Shown here: piece by piece, positions 1-10,793 of the stretch
Numbering within the stretch: position 1 is the stretch's first letter
How the letters are laid out: each line of letters opens with the position of its first letter
Origin: Vespertiliibacter pulmonis
Lineage (GTDB): Bacteria > Pseudomonadota > Gammaproteobacteria > Enterobacterales > Pasteurellaceae
Length of the DNA: 64,000 nucleotides
Assembly: GCF_013377275.1 (NCBI RefSeq)
Contig: NZ_CP016615.1
Coordinates: 1,124,830-1,188,829, forward strand
Direction of reading: 5' to 3'
The notes under the pieces: generated by a model
What the model was told of the DNA's origin: nothing
The model's input: the letters and a program-made list of their open reading frames with translations, nothing else
The model's database searches: none
Position numbers and translations under genes: made by a program

Positions 1-83
1 TTGTTTTTCTTTTTTATAAATAAAAAATAAACCTATACTTTCATAACTACTTCAATAATATAGGCATTTTGCAAATTTATTTG

Positions 84-1337
84 CTATTTAACCGCTTGTT
101 TATGTTTTTGATGCTTTCTATGAATTCGCCATAGCATTCTTGAATCTAAATTTGATGATGAGATCATTGTAAAGAAAACGGCTGATCCAAAATAAAAGGC
201 AGCTTCTCCAACTGAAAAGCTAATAATTTGTCCTCTTTCAACAAGAGACATCATTAGGGCTAGTACAAATAGATCGAGCATTGACCAGCGTCCAACAAAA
301 TGTACATAATGAAGTAATTTCATTTGCCAATGAATTGAGTGATTCCAGCGGAAATGGATAGCCAGTAATAAGTATAAGATCACTGCAACTTTGCTAAAAG
401 GCACAGCAATGCTTGCGATAAAAACAATAGCTGCGATTGCGTAGCTTCCCATTGAAATAAATAAAAATACACCACCAATAAGGGAATCAGCTGATGTTGA
501 GCCAGCAAATTCTGTAGTTGAAATAGGCAATGTATTGGCAGGAATCATCATAATAACCCCAGCAACTAATGTAGCCCATACTCGTTGTAATTTGATTTTA
601 TCGGGAATATCTAAATTAGTTTCACAACGAGGGCAACGTTGTTGTCCTTTTTCATCTATAATTTTTTCATTAAAGGTATAATCACAGGTAGGACATAGCG
701 TGGCAGAAATCGCATTATTTGGTGATAGAGAATGATATTCAGGATAAAAATTGTTCCATAATTGTTTTATATTGATTTTTGTAAATAATAAAATGGTTAA
801 AATGGTCGTGAGAATAAAAGGCAATAGATAAATATCAAATGATAAAGGGGCATATTCTCTGACTTTAAAAGCAGCAACAGCTAATGCAACAAGATAGACA
901 TCGAGCATTACCCATTGTTTGGCTTTTGCTAGTAAAAGTAGGGTATATCGTGGCCGGTAGTTTATCCATTTTTGAATTTGTAACATAATCACTAGTAAAG
1001 CAAATACAAAGGGCATAATGACGGAACAAAATAGAATCATAAATGCCGTATAGGCAAAGCCAGCAGTTGCCATTTTCCATACCCCTCCCCATACAGAGGC
1101 ATAAATAGGTACGCCTAGTAAATCAATATTCATCAATGGTAAGAATAATGCAAAAGGTAAGAGTAATAAAATCGAAAATGCGATAATTGAACAGCGATGT
1201 AGTCCCCAGCGATTTCCTGATTGTAGTACTTCGTGGCAATTAGGACAACAAGCGGTTTGATTTGGTAGGTTTTTTGCAATTTCAACAACCGTATCGCACT
1301 CAAAACAGCGTTGTAAGTAATTTTCTTCTCTTTCCAT
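84..1337 (-). CDS. pqiA: Paraquat-inducible protein A family integral membrane protein
   Basis: 417 aa with two CxxC...CxxC zinc-ribbon-like modules (CFEC..CPNC; CPTC..CPRC), each followed by multiple TM helices, as in PqiA. Its partner pqiB would lie beyond the window start. Confidence 0.7.
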   Translation of the reverse strand: MEREENYLQRCFECDTVVEIAKNLPNQTACCPNCHEVLQSGNRWGLHRCSIIAFSILLLLPFALFLPLMNIDLLGVPIYASVWGGVWKMATAGFAYTAFMILFCSVIMPFVFALLVIMLQIQKWINYRPRYTLLLLAKAKQWVMLDVYLVALAVAAFKVREYAPLSFDIYLLPFILTTILTILLFTKINIKQLWNNFYPEYHSLSPNNAISATLCPTCDYTFNEKIIDEKGQQRCPRCETNLDIPDKIKLQRVWATLVAGVIMMIPANTLPISTTEFAGSTSADSLIGGVFLFISMGSYAIAAIVFIASIAVPFSKVAVILYLLLAIHFRWNHSIHWQMKLLHYVHFVGRWSMLDLFVLALMMSLVERGQIISFSVGEAAFYFGSAVFFTMISSSNLDSRMLWRIHRKHQKHKQAVK

Positions 1338-1339
1338 TT

Positions 1340-1933
1340 CTATTTAGCTATTCCTAATAATTTGGATACGGGAGCAAAACTTTTTCGGTGATAGGGCGTT
1401 ACTCCGAATTGCATTAATTTTTCAAAATGTAGTTTAGTCGGATAGCCTTTGTGTTTAGCAAAATGATATTCGGGATAAAGTTTATCTAGCTCAATCATTT
1501 CAAGATCTCGGGCTACTTTTGCTAAAATAGAGGCGGCACTAATTTCAGCAACTAAACTGTCTCCTTTAATTACTGCTTGAGCAGGCATTGGTAATGTTGG
1601 GGTACGGTTGCCATCTACCAAGACAAAATCAGGTTGAATTGAAAGGCTTGCTACTGCACGTTGCATTGCTAACATTGTGGCGTGAAGAATATTTAATTCA
1701 TCAATTTCTTCAGGTTCAGCTCGTCCTAAAGACCAACTTAGTGCTTTTTCCTTAATTTCTTCGGCTAATATAATCCTGCGTTTTTCCGATAATTTCTTGG
1801 AATCAGCTAGCCCTTCAATCGGGTTTCTAGGATCAAGAATAACGGCTGCCGTTACCACTGCTCCCACTAATGGTCCACGGCCAACTTCATCAACTCCTGC
1901 GATATATTGTACGTTTGGATAAATAAATTGCAT
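1340..1933 (-). CDS. rnhB: Ribonuclease HII
   Basis: 197 aa with the [13 protein letters not shown]-terminal motif and overall RNase HII similarity. It lies 2 nt upstream of pqiA and overlaps the ygfZ stop, so the three genes look co-transcribed. Confidence 0.9.
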   Translation of the reverse strand: MQFIYPNVQYIAGVDEVGRGPLVGAVVTAAVILDPRNPIEGLADSKKLSEKRRIILAEEIKEKALSWSLGRAEPEEIDELNILHATMLAMQRAVASLSIQPDFVLVDGNRTPTLPMPAQAVIKGDSLVAEISAASILAKVARDLEMIELDKLYPEYHFAKHKGYPTKLHFEKLMQFGVTPYHRKSFAPVSKLLGIAK

Positions 1934-2799
1934 TATTCTTCATCCAAGTTATATGGAAGGGCTACTTTTTTGATTGCAATATTCCCTACTCGAAATTCAT
2001 TCTCTACCTCAATTTCTTTATTCATTACTACTTGTAACCAAAGTTGATTATTTTCTACTACACGGCTTAAGATTAGCCCAGTTGATTTCCAATTATCGCC
2101 AAATTTTACTTCTATCGGACGAGAAATTTCTGGAATATCATCGATACCCAATTCTCCTTGGAAAGTAAACATTGCACGTTTATTTGCACCACGATATTTC
2201 GCTCGTGCTATTGTTTCTTGCCCAATATAACACCCTTTAGTAAATGAAATAGCTTGCTCAATTTTTTGTAAATTAACCGCTTGTGGAATAAGCTCAAATT
2301 GATTGATAGCGTGTAGAATTGGAATACCATTTTGTATGTCAATCAAATCCCATTCTTTACCATTATGATTGGCTTTAAGAGATGTATTACCCCAAATTAG
2401 ATAACGAGTTGGTGAGCCGCCTATCTGACAAGCGGTAAGTTTATCGCTAAATTTTGCAATGAGCTCACCGCTTGTTGTGCCAAAAATAGGCATATCTAAT
2501 TCAGTAAATGTAATTTTGGAGAACACAGCATATTTGCGTAGTTGCATTAATGCTTCAGGTAATAATTCTTGGCGAATAATAATGAAAAAATGCTCTGTTT
2601 GATGGCGATATAAGCGGAACAACGCACTGATTTTACCTTTTGGATCACAGTGGCAGGTAAGAGTTTGATGTCCAATATCCAATTTAGCGACATCACAAGT
2701 TAATTGCCCTTGTAGGTATTTTTCTGTATCAGCACCAGTTACTTCAATTAAATGATATTGTTCAAGTTTAGTGCATATTTCTGATTGATATTCACTCAT
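1933..2799 (-). CDS. ygfZ: Folate-binding tRNA-modifying protein YgfZ
   Basis: 288 aa carrying the conserved KGCYIGQE signature of the YgfZ (aminomethyltransferase-like) family. Confidence 0.75.
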   Translation of the reverse strand: MSEYQSEICTKLEQYHLIEVTGADTEKYLQGQLTCDVAKLDIGHQTLTCHCDPKGKISALFRLYRHQTEHFFIIIRQELLPEALMQLRKYAVFSKITFTELDMPIFGTTSGELIAKFSDKLTACQIGGSPTRYLIWGNTSLKANHNGKEWDLIDIQNGIPILHAINQFELIPQAVNLQKIEQAISFTKGCYIGQETIARAKYRGANKRAMFTFQGELGIDDIPEISRPIEVKFGDNWKSTGLILSRVVENNQLWLQVVMNKEIEVENEFRVGNIAIKKVALPYNLDEE

Positions 2800-3020
2800 T
2801 TAGATCCTTATTTTTCATCTAAAAAATATGTAAGGATAATACAATGAATTGGGGAATTTATAAATGCCCTATCATATATCATTGGAATAATCGTTTTATT
2901 GTACAAAATAAAATTATTATTCAGTAGATTAGCATTTACTAACTCAAATGTAATAGCTAGAATCAAATTATGCGATAAGCGGTCAGTTTGGATATTATTT
3001 TACAAAAATAAGGATAAAAA

Positions 3021-4298
3021 ATGAATTTATACAACATCAAACATCCAGAAGAACAAGTTAATTTTGCACAAGCAGTACGTCAAGGATTGGGGAAAGATCA
3101 GGGATTATTTTTTCCTGAGATTATTCCAACATTAGATAATATTGATAAATTACTCGATATGCCATTAGTTGAACGCAGCCAGAAAATCTTGCAAGCGTTG
3201 ATTGGTGAAGAAATCCCAACAGATAGCTTAAATGCAATGGTAAAAAACTCCTTTACGTTTCCTGCACCGCTCGTGCAAGTGGCTGAAAATATTTATGCGT
3301 TGGAGTTATTTCACGGACCCACATTAGCGTTTAAAGATTTTGGCGGGCGTTTTATGGCACAGGCATTAGCAACAGTACGTGGAGATGGAAAAATTACCAT
3401 TTTGACGGCAACATCAGGAGATACTGGCGCTGCAGTTGCTCACGCATTTTATGGCTTAGAAAACATTGATGTTGTCATTTTATACCCAAAAGGGAAAATT
3501 AGTCCGTTACAAGAAAAGCTATTTTGTACTTTAGGTGGGAATATTCGTACGATTGCGATTGAAGCCGATTTTGATGCGTGCCAGGCGTTAGTAAAACAAG
3601 CTTTTGATGATGTAGAACTACGAGAGTCGATTGGGCTAAATTCAGCAAATTCAATCAATATTAGCCGTTTGTTGGCACAAGTTTGTTACTATTTTGAGGC
3701 AGTAGCACAGCTACCGAAAACAAAACGTGATAATGTAGTTGTATCTGTACCCAGTGGTAATTTCGGTAATTTGACCGCAGGGCTTATTGCGAAAACATTA
3801 GGTTTACCGATTAAACGTTTTATTGCAGCAACTAATGCAAATGATACTGTGCCTCGTTATTTAGATTCAGGAAATTGGCAACCAAATTCCACCGTAGCAA
3901 CTTTATCAAATGCAATGGACGTTAGTCGCCCGAATAATTGGCCTCGAGTTGAGGAGCTTTTTAAACGTAATGATTGGAATCTAGCTGATCTTAGTTCGGG
4001 TGCATTAGATGATGTAGCAACAGAAAATGCCTTAAAAGCACAATATGCTGAAGGTTATTTATGTGAGCCACACGGGGCGATTGCTTATCAGGTATTAAAT
4101 ACACAATTACAACCCAATGAAACGGGTATTTTCCTTTGTACTGCTCACCCAGCTAAATTTAAGGAATCTGTAGAGCGAATTCTTAATCTTGAATTGCCTT
4201 TACCTGAGGCTCTTGATAAACATAATAAATTACCATTATTGTCTGATGCAATGGAGAATGATTTTGCGAAACTTAAGGCATATTTGTTAATGAAATAG
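3021..4298 (+). CDS. thrC: Threonine synthase
   Basis: 425 aa with full-length similarity to E. coli ThrC, including the PLP-site lysine in the FHGPTLAFKDFG motif. No thrA or thrB is adjacent. Confidence 0.9.
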   Translation: MNLYNIKHPEEQVNFAQAVRQGLGKDQGLFFPEIIPTLDNIDKLLDMPLVERSQKILQALIGEEIPTDSLNAMVKNSFTFPAPLVQVAENIYALELFHGPTLAFKDFGGRFMAQALATVRGDGKITILTATSGDTGAAVAHAFYGLENIDVVILYPKGKISPLQEKLFCTLGGNIRTIAIEADFDACQALVKQAFDDVELRESIGLNSANSINISRLLAQVCYYFEAVAQLPKTKRDNVVVSVPSGNFGNLTAGLIAKTLGLPIKRFIAATNANDTVPRYLDSGNWQPNSTVATLSNAMDVSRPNNWPRVEELFKRNDWNLADLSSGALDDVATENALKAQYAEGYLCEPHGAIAYQVLNTQLQPNETGIFLCTAHPAKFKESVERILNLELPLPEALDKHNKLPLLSDAMENDFAKLKAYLLMK

Positions 4299-4368
4299 GA
4301 TCAAAATGAGAGATATTTTAGAGTTTTGAATTAGATAGAATATCTCTCATTACGTAATAGCTGGATTA

Positions 4369-5625
4369 CTACATATGTAATCCAACGAAGAACCCTGCTA
4401 TAGTAGCACTCATTAAGTTAGAAAGCGTTGCTGCACATAGTGCTCTAAAGCCTAATTTCGCAATTTCAGAGGTTCTTTCTGGTGCAACTGCACCAAATGC
4501 TCCAACAATTACACCAATAGAACCAAAATTAGCAAATCCACATAATGCAAAAGAAATAATTGCAATAGTTTTAGGAGCAAGATTTCCTTCATTACCAGAT
4601 AAATAAGGTGAGAAGTTTAAGTAAGCCACAAATTCATTTATGGCTAATTTTTGACCTATTAAACTACCTGCTAAATTTGCATTATCCCAATCAACTCCCA
4701 TTACATAAGCAAGTGGCGAAAATATATATCCAAAAATGAATTCTAAACTAATATCGGGATAACCAACAAATTCTCCAATTCCACTTAAAAATCCATTAAT
4801 TAATGCGATTAATGCAACAAAAACCATTACGACGGTTGCAACACCTACACCAATTTTTAAACCAACCATTGCACCTGTTGCGGTGGCCTCAATTATACTT
4901 GCAGGTTTTTTATCTCCAAAAGTCATTTCGTTAAATTCAATTTTGGACTCTTCTGTTTCAGGGCTAAGTAAACGAGCAAATAAAATTCCACTTGGAATTG
5001 CCATTAATGATGCAGCAAGTAAATATTCTATTGATACACCTAATCCTGCGTAAGCAACTAACATTGAACCAGCAATTGATGACATTCCACTGCACATTAC
5101 AGTAAAGAGTTCATTATGGTTCATTTTATAGATAAATGGTTTAGTAATTGCAGGAATTTCGTTTTGACCTAAAAAGACAGTAGTAACAGCAGTAAAAGAT
5201 TCTACTTTGCTTATTTTTAGTGCTTTTTGAAATAAGTAGCCTAGCGTATTGATAACCCAGCGCATAATACCAAGGTAGTAGAGAATTGATAATAAAGCGG
5301 TAATAAAAATGATGGAAGGAATAACTTGTAAAGCAAAAACAAAACTGCTTTCTCCGAATAATTCATTCATTTTAGGGCTAACTAATGCACCAAAAATAAA
5401 TGAACTTCCAGCTGAACTATATGCAATCACTTTATTAATGCTGATAGCAGTAATTTCAATAAAGTGGCGGCCAATTGGGACGTATAACATCAATGCGCCT
5501 AAGCATATTTGTAGCAGTAATGCAACGCCAATAGTTCTAATATTGATTTTCTTTTTATTGTTAGACAATAAAAAGCCAATCAAGAGTAAAAGTAAAATAC
5601 CTAATAAACTACGAAAAGTCTCCAT
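4369..5625 (-). CDS. psuT: NupC/CNT-family nucleoside transporter, probable pseudouridine transporter
   Basis: 418 aa polytopic membrane protein of the concentrative nucleoside transporter family (YeiM/YeiJ-like), located immediately downstream of psuG and psuK. Confidence 0.7.
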   Translation of the reverse strand: METFRSLLGILLLLLIGFLLSNNKKKINIRTIGVALLLQICLGALMLYVPIGRHFIEITAISINKVIAYSSAGSSFIFGALVSPKMNELFGESSFVFALQVIPSIIFITALLSILYYLGIMRWVINTLGYLFQKALKISKVESFTAVTTVFLGQNEIPAITKPFIYKMNHNELFTVMCSGMSSIAGSMLVAYAGLGVSIEYLLAASLMAIPSGILFARLLSPETEESKIEFNEMTFGDKKPASIIEATATGAMVGLKIGVGVATVVMVFVALIALINGFLSGIGEFVGYPDISLEFIFGYIFSPLAYVMGVDWDNANLAGSLIGQKLAINEFVAYLNFSPYLSGNEGNLAPKTIAIISFALCGFANFGSIGVIVGAFGAVAPERTSEIAKLGFRALCAATLSNLMSATIAGFFVGLHM

Positions 5626-5706
5626 TTGTTTTCTCCTAAAAGAAGCGACGATGAAATCGCCGCATCTATATTATTAAATATCTATATGAACTAAACTAAT
5701 GTTTAG

Positions 5707-6621
5707 TTATAGTTTTTGGTATTCAATAGCAATTTGTGATGCAAGTTTGGCATTATTTAGGACTAATTGAATATTTGATTTCAAACTATCTCCCCCTGTT
5801 AATTCAACAACGCGAGATAATAAGAATGGAGTACTTTCTTTACCAAGAATATTCTGTTCTTCAGATTCTTTTATAGCTTGGTTAATTGCATTATTAATAG
5901 CTTCTTCTGGCATTGCATATTGTTCTGGAATTGGGTTAGCAATAATTACCCCTCCTTTTAAGCCAATTTTCCATTTTGTATCCATTGCCATAGCAATTTG
6001 TTCTGGAGTATCAAGACGAATAGAAACAGGGAAATTACTGCTACGTGTGAAAAATGCTGGTAATTTATTAGTTTGATAACCGATGAGTGGCACACCAAAT
6101 GTTTCTAAGTATTCAATAGTTAAGCCTAAATCTAAAATTGATTTTGCACCCGCACAAATAACAGCAACATTTGTATTGGCTAATTCTTGTAAATCTGCTG
6201 AAATATCAAATGTTTTTTCTGCCCCACGATGAACTCCCCCAATTCCACCTGTTGCAAATATTTTAATGCCTGCTAATTCTGCAATAATCATTGTCGCTGC
6301 AACAGTAGTTGCTCCATGCCCCTTATTTGCAAGTACAAATGGGATATCTCTTCTACTTACTTTAGTAATTGAATGTCCTGCTTGAGCAAGTAATTCAATT
6401 TCTTCTAACAATAAGCCTGCTTTCATTCTTCCGTTTATAATTGCAATAGTAGCAGGTACAGCGCCTTGCTCTCTTACTTGATTTTCTACTTCTTTTGCCA
6501 TTTCAACATTAGCTGGATAAGGCATACCATGCGAGATAATTGTGGATTCTAATGCAACAATAGGTAAATTTTTATCTAATGCATTTTGAACTTCAGGTGA
6601 AATATCTAAATAATTTTTCAT
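5707..6621 (-). CDS. psuG: Pseudouridine-5'-phosphate glycosidase
   Basis: 304 aa similar to YeiN/PsuG (indigoidine synthase A-like fold). It overlaps the psuK stop by 4 nt. Confidence 0.85.
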   Translation of the reverse strand: MKNYLDISPEVQNALDKNLPIVALESTIISHGMPYPANVEMAKEVENQVREQGAVPATIAIINGRMKAGLLLEEIELLAQAGHSITKVSRRDIPFVLANKGHGATTVAATMIIAELAGIKIFATGGIGGVHRGAEKTFDISADLQELANTNVAVICAGAKSILDLGLTIEYLETFGVPLIGYQTNKLPAFFTRSSNFPVSIRLDTPEQIAMAMDTKWKIGLKGGVIIANPIPEQYAMPEEAINNAINQAIKESEEQNILGKESTPFLLSRVVELTGGDSLKSNIQLVLNNAKLASQIAIEYQKL

Positions 6622-7706
6622 AATTGAACTCCTAGTAGTTTGTGAACACTTTCATTGGATAAATTTGGATTATTAGTAAATTCGGAAGATAGAGTTAATG
6701 CTGAGCAAGCTTGAGCATATCTTACACTTTCACTTAATTTCATATTATCGACATAACAGCAAGCTAAGCCTGCCATCATGGCATCTCCAGCCCCAGTAAC
6801 ATTAATGATATTAATTGTAAAAGGCGATAACCAGCCGGATTCAACGCCATCATCACTATAATAAACTCCTTCTTTCCCAAGGCTAAGAACAATCCTTTGG
6901 GTTCCTTGTTTATGAAACCAAGTTGCAACGTTTTCAATATCTTTCTTATTATTGATAGTAATACCACTGATACATTCAGCTTCTAATCGATTAGGTTTTA
7001 AGGTATGAATACGTGATAACCAAGGTTTAACTTTTATTGCTTTAAAGGTTGAAACGGTATCAATAAAGATTGGAATATCTTTCACATTATTGAAAATCCA
7101 AGCGAGGGTTTTTTCGGTTAAATTACAATCTAACATTAATAATCTAGCATGTTGAATTAGTTCAATTCTTCTTGCCAGTAAAGAGGGGGTAAGTTTGTCA
7201 AGAATAGCCATATCGTTGATAGCTACTATCATTTCTCCTTTTTCATCAAGTAAGGATAGATAAGTAGATGTTTTATCGTTTGGCACTCTGTAACATTTAT
7301 CAACATTTACACCAAATTCTTTGGTTTTATCTAGTAAAAAGTTTCCGTAAATATCATCTCCTACAATAGAAATAAAATGAGATTCTTTTCCAAGCATTGC
7401 TATATTTTGAGCAATATTTCTTCCCACCCCACCAGCACAAGATTCAATTATTCCAGGGTTAGAATCTTGGGGGTTTAATTTACCAAGAGCTTTTCCCGAA
7501 ATATCTACATTTGCAGAACCTATAGTAACGATTTGATTTTGCTCAGAAAAAATATAACCTTTCCCTTTTATGTATCCCTTACGAGTCAGATTCATAATAT
7601 ATCCTGCCACACGGGAGCGACTCAACCCAAGTGTATTAGCAATAGTTTGCTGTGGTAGAAAAGGATCTTTTCTAATTAGATCTAAAATTTGTTGTTCTTT
7701 ACTCAT
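6618..7706 (-). CDS. PfkB-family carbohydrate kinase with N-terminal winged-HTH domain (YeiI-like; probable pseudouridine kinase)
   Basis: 362 aa. The N-terminal about 55 residues form an HTH (QQTIANTLGLSRSRVAGYIMNLTRKGYI), followed by a ribokinase-like fold with the GAGD motif. This architecture and length match E. coli YeiI rather than YeiC. Confidence 0.7.
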   Translation of the reverse strand: MSKEQQILDLIRKDPFLPQQTIANTLGLSRSRVAGYIMNLTRKGYIKGKGYIFSEQNQIVTIGSANVDISGKALGKLNPQDSNPGIIESCAGGVGRNIAQNIAMLGKESHFISIVGDDIYGNFLLDKTKEFGVNVDKCYRVPNDKTSTYLSLLDEKGEMIVAINDMAILDKLTPSLLARRIELIQHARLLMLDCNLTEKTLAWIFNNVKDIPIFIDTVSTFKAIKVKPWLSRIHTLKPNRLEAECISGITINNKKDIENVATWFHKQGTQRIVLSLGKEGVYYSDDGVESGWLSPFTINIINVTGAGDAMMAGLACCYVDNMKLSESVRYAQACSALTLSSEFTNNPNLSNESVHKLLGVQL

Positions 7707-7810
7707 TTACCTTACCTCCCTGATTACAAACATAAGTTTATTTTTAAACATTTGTTTATGCATGGGAAGAATAATATTTATCCATTAATAGATCAAATAG
7801 CAAACTTATT

Positions 7811-7832
7811 ATTTGTGATGCAGATCACAAAT
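7811..7832. promoter_or_regulatory. Near-consensus CRP binding site (aTTTGTGATgcagaTCACAAAT) upstream of the psu operon
   Basis: TGTGA-N6-TCACA with AT-rich flanks, about 110 nt upstream of the psuK start codon, in the intergenic region shared with mnmE. Confidence 0.5.
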
Positions 7833-8114
7833 TTAAATAAGAATTTTAGTTGTTTGAATTTCTACGCAACGTAGGAATATATTATTGGCTATCCTAAATA
7901 TTCCAGTGTTAAGGATCATAAGTGGGCTTATTAAAGCAGAGATTTCTAAACAAGAAAAGCTTTATGTAAGAGAGCTAATCGAGGCTTTAATCTTATCAAA
8001 ATTTTGAAGTTTAATTTTTTTGAGTATTAGTGTAATCCATCAGTAATGATTGTTAAAATAGATAAAGTCTAGAATATTGCCCTAAATAGACTTAGGGCAA
8101 TATATGATATAGAG

Positions 8115-9473
8115 CTATTTACCAATACAAAATGAGCTGAAAATATTGCCTAATAAATCATCTGAAGTAAATTCACCAGTAATTTCATTCAAAGATTTCT
8201 GGGCTAGGCGAAGTTCTTCTGCGAGTAATTCACCCGCTAGAAATTCAGTAAGTTGGATATAACCACGATCTAAATGTTCAGCTGCCTTTTCAAGAGCAAC
8301 GAGATGACGGCGACGAGCTAAAAAACCACCTTCAGTAGAGCTTTGATAGCCCATTGATTTTTTTAGATGTTCTCGCAGTAAATCAACGCCAACTTTGGTT
8401 TGGGCAGATAAGCGAATAAGGGTGAAATCAGCTTCCTGTGTTAAACTTTCAGTTTCTTTGCTGAGATCGACTTTATTCCGAATAACGGTAACGGGAATAT
8501 TGTTAGGCAATTTAGCTAAAAATTCTCCCCACTCCTGTTGAAAATCATTCGCTTGGGAAAGTGTGCTATCTACCATTAATAGAACGTGATCAGCTTGAGC
8601 GATCTCGTCCCAAGCACGTTGAATCCCAATTTTTTCGACTTCATCACTGGCTTCACGTAAGCCAGCAGTATCAATAATATGTAAAGGCATACCGTCAATA
8701 TGAATATGTTCACGCAGAACATCACGAGTTGTACCAGCAATATCGGTAACAATGGCGGCTTCTCTTCCTGCTAATGCATTAAGTAGGCTTGATTTTCCTG
8801 CATTTGGTTTACCGGCAATCACTACTTTCATTCCTTCGCGCAAGATTGAACCTTGTTTGGCTTCTCGGCGGACGGATTGTAATTGTTCAATGATTTCAAT
8901 TAATTTAGCTTTAATTTTACCATCGGCTAGAAAATCGATTTCTTCATCAGGAAAATCAATAGAGGCTTCTACATAAGTGCGTAAGTAGATAACGTTATCA
9001 ACTAATTGATTGATTTTGTTAGAAAATTCACCTTGCAGTGATTTTAAAGCAGAACGAGCCGCTTGCTCAGACGTTGCATCAATTAAATCAGCAATAGCTT
9101 CTGCTTGTGCAAGATCGAGTTTATCATTTAAAAAGGCTTGTTCAGAAAACTCCCCAGCTCTAGCAATCCGAACGCCTTCAACTTTTAAAATACGGTTGAG
9201 TAGAATATCTAAAATTACTTGCCCCCCGTGTCCTTGTAATTCAAGCACATCTTCCCCAGTAAAAGAATTTGGTGCTTTAAAAAATAGAGCAATTCCCTGA
9301 TCGAGTGTTGTGCCATCTTCATCTTTAAATGGCAGGTAATCAGCCATTCGTGGCTTAGGGCATTTACCAAGGACCGCTTGTGCTACCTCTTTTGCTAATG
9401 GGCCTGAAACCCGCAAAATACCGATACCACCTCGTCCAATAGGTGTTGCTTGGGCAACAATTGTTTCTTTCAT
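8115..9473 (-). CDS. mnmE: tRNA modification GTPase MnmE
   Basis: 452 aa with the G-domain [12 protein letters not shown] motif and the C-terminal CIGK tetrapeptide diagnostic of MnmE/TrmE. Confidence 0.9.
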   Translation of the reverse strand: MKETIVAQATPIGRGGIGILRVSGPLAKEVAQAVLGKCPKPRMADYLPFKDEDGTTLDQGIALFFKAPNSFTGEDVLELQGHGGQVILDILLNRILKVEGVRIARAGEFSEQAFLNDKLDLAQAEAIADLIDATSEQAARSALKSLQGEFSNKINQLVDNVIYLRTYVEASIDFPDEEIDFLADGKIKAKLIEIIEQLQSVRREAKQGSILREGMKVVIAGKPNAGKSSLLNALAGREAAIVTDIAGTTRDVLREHIHIDGMPLHIIDTAGLREASDEVEKIGIQRAWDEIAQADHVLLMVDSTLSQANDFQQEWGEFLAKLPNNIPVTVIRNKVDLSKETESLTQEADFTLIRLSAQTKVGVDLLREHLKKSMGYQSSTEGGFLARRRHLVALEKAAEHLDRGYIQLTEFLAGELLAEELRLAQKSLNEITGEFTSDDLLGNIFSSFCIGK

Positions 9474-9621
9474 ACTAATCCTATTTGAAAATTTTGTGAT
9501 TATTGTACCGCAAGCGGTTAGATTTCTGAAAAATTTTGTAGAAAATGAGTATAGAGGAGATGGTTTACAGATTAAAGAAAGGGGATAAATGTAATATTTT
9601 TAGTTCTAAGAGAATATAAAG

Positions 9622-9674
9622 CAAGCGATGAGTTTTATTGTTTGAGTTAAAACTTAAGCTAAACTCACCGCTTG
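9622..9674 (-). terminator. Hairpin formed by an inverted (degenerate) USS pair downstream of napC
   Basis: caagcgatgagttt ... aaactcaccgcttg form a 14-bp stem with one mismatch, lying right after the napC stop. Confidence 0.4.
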
Positions 9675-9688
9675 TAATAAATTGATTA

Positions 9689-10306
9689 TTATTGGTTTTC
9701 TAATTTTTCTTTAGATTTGAACCCAGACTCAACATTTTTCATATGTGGGAGGCTGTGAGCAATTCCTTTATGGCAGTCAATACAAGTTTTGCCTTCTGCT
9801 TCTGCCATTGCGTGCATTTTTGCTGCAACGCCTTTTTGTTGAGTAAAGTCCATATCAGCAAAATTATGGCAGTTGCGACACTCTTTTGAGTTATTGGCCT
9901 TCATTCGTTCCCATTCACGTTCAGCCATTTCTAAACGATGAGCTTCAAATTTCGCTTTCGTATCAACTTTACCTGTAATATGAGCGAGTACTTCTTGCGA
10001 CGCTTGGAGCTTGCGTTTCCATTTTGGTAAAAACTCGTGTGGTAAGTGACAATCTGCGCAGATTGCTTTTACACCACTACGGTTGAGATAGTGTGGAGAC
10101 GCACGATATTCTGGTACAACATCATTCATGTGGCAACTTGAACAGAACTCTTCTGTATTTGTGTGCTCTAGAGCGACATTAAATCCACCCCAGAATAAGA
10201 TACCACCAATCGCGGAGATTAGGATGAGAAAACCAATACCAATACGGCTTGGGGTACGAAACCATTTCCAGAATTTTTTAATTAGGCCAAAAATTTTACC
10301 GAACAT
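9689..10306 (-). CDS. napC: NapC/NirT-family membrane tetraheme cytochrome c (quinol dehydrogenase)
   Basis: 205 aa with an N-terminal TM helix and four CxxCH haem-binding motifs. It is the last gene of the nap operon. Confidence 0.9.
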   Translation of the reverse strand: MFGKIFGLIKKFWKWFRTPSRIGIGFLILISAIGGILFWGGFNVALEHTNTEEFCSSCHMNDVVPEYRASPHYLNRSGVKAICADCHLPHEFLPKWKRKLQASQEVLAHITGKVDTKAKFEAHRLEMAEREWERMKANNSKECRNCHNFADMDFTQQKGVAAKMHAMAEAEGKTCIDCHKGIAHSLPHMKNVESGFKSKEKLENQ

Positions 10307-10740
10307 TATTGACCTCCAAATGATTTAGTTGGATGGAATTCATTTTCTACAATTGGTTTTACATCTGCTTGTGGCACGTGGCATTGTAAGCAGAAATAAC
10401 GACGTGGTGCAGTGTCGGCAGTAACATTACCATTGCGATCGGTAAAATGCGTTGGGCTGATGCGAGGCGCACCTGTTACTCGATAATTTTCAACACCATG
10501 ACAATTTAAGCACTGGTTCGTATTTTTAGTAACTTGATAGTTTTTAATACTATGTGGCACCATAGGTGGCTGATTGACATAATTTAGTGCAATCCTGCCA
10601 TTGTCTTTTGGCATATTATGAAACTCAGGCGCAATAGCTTCAACACCTTGAGCAGCATTAGAAGGGACTTTTTCGATGTTATTATTTGCTAATACAGCAC
10701 TTGAAATTGCAACAAATAATAGGGCAAGATATTTTTTCAT
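10306..10740 (-). CDS. napB: Periplasmic nitrate reductase dihaem cytochrome c subunit
   Basis: 144 aa with a signal peptide and two CxxCH motifs. Its stop overlaps the napC start. Confidence 0.85.
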   Translation of the reverse strand: MKKYLALLFVAISSAVLANNNIEKVPSNAAQGVEAIAPEFHNMPKDNGRIALNYVNQPPMVPHSIKNYQVTKNTNQCLNCHGVENYRVTGAPRISPTHFTDRNGNVTADTAPRRYFCLQCHVPQADVKPIVENEFHPTKSFGGQ

Positions 10741-10793
10741 TTTTCACTCCAAAGTGACTAAATTTATTCCGTTAATAAACGGAAGCATCAACA

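Noticed and set aside
2863-2949. A 28-aa Ile-rich ORF (MNWGIYKCPIIYHWNNRFIVQNKIIIQ) upstream of thrC, considered as a thr-type leader peptide.
   Set aside because: No Thr codon run, and no terminator/antiterminator hairpin pair follows it. The Ile richness is explained by AT-rich intergenic composition.
7570-7874. ORFs 7570–7788 and 7689–7874 (+) in the psuK–mnmE spacer.
   Set aside because: They overlap the psuK start region, are AT-rich and low-complexity, have no ribosome-binding site, and show no family resemblance.
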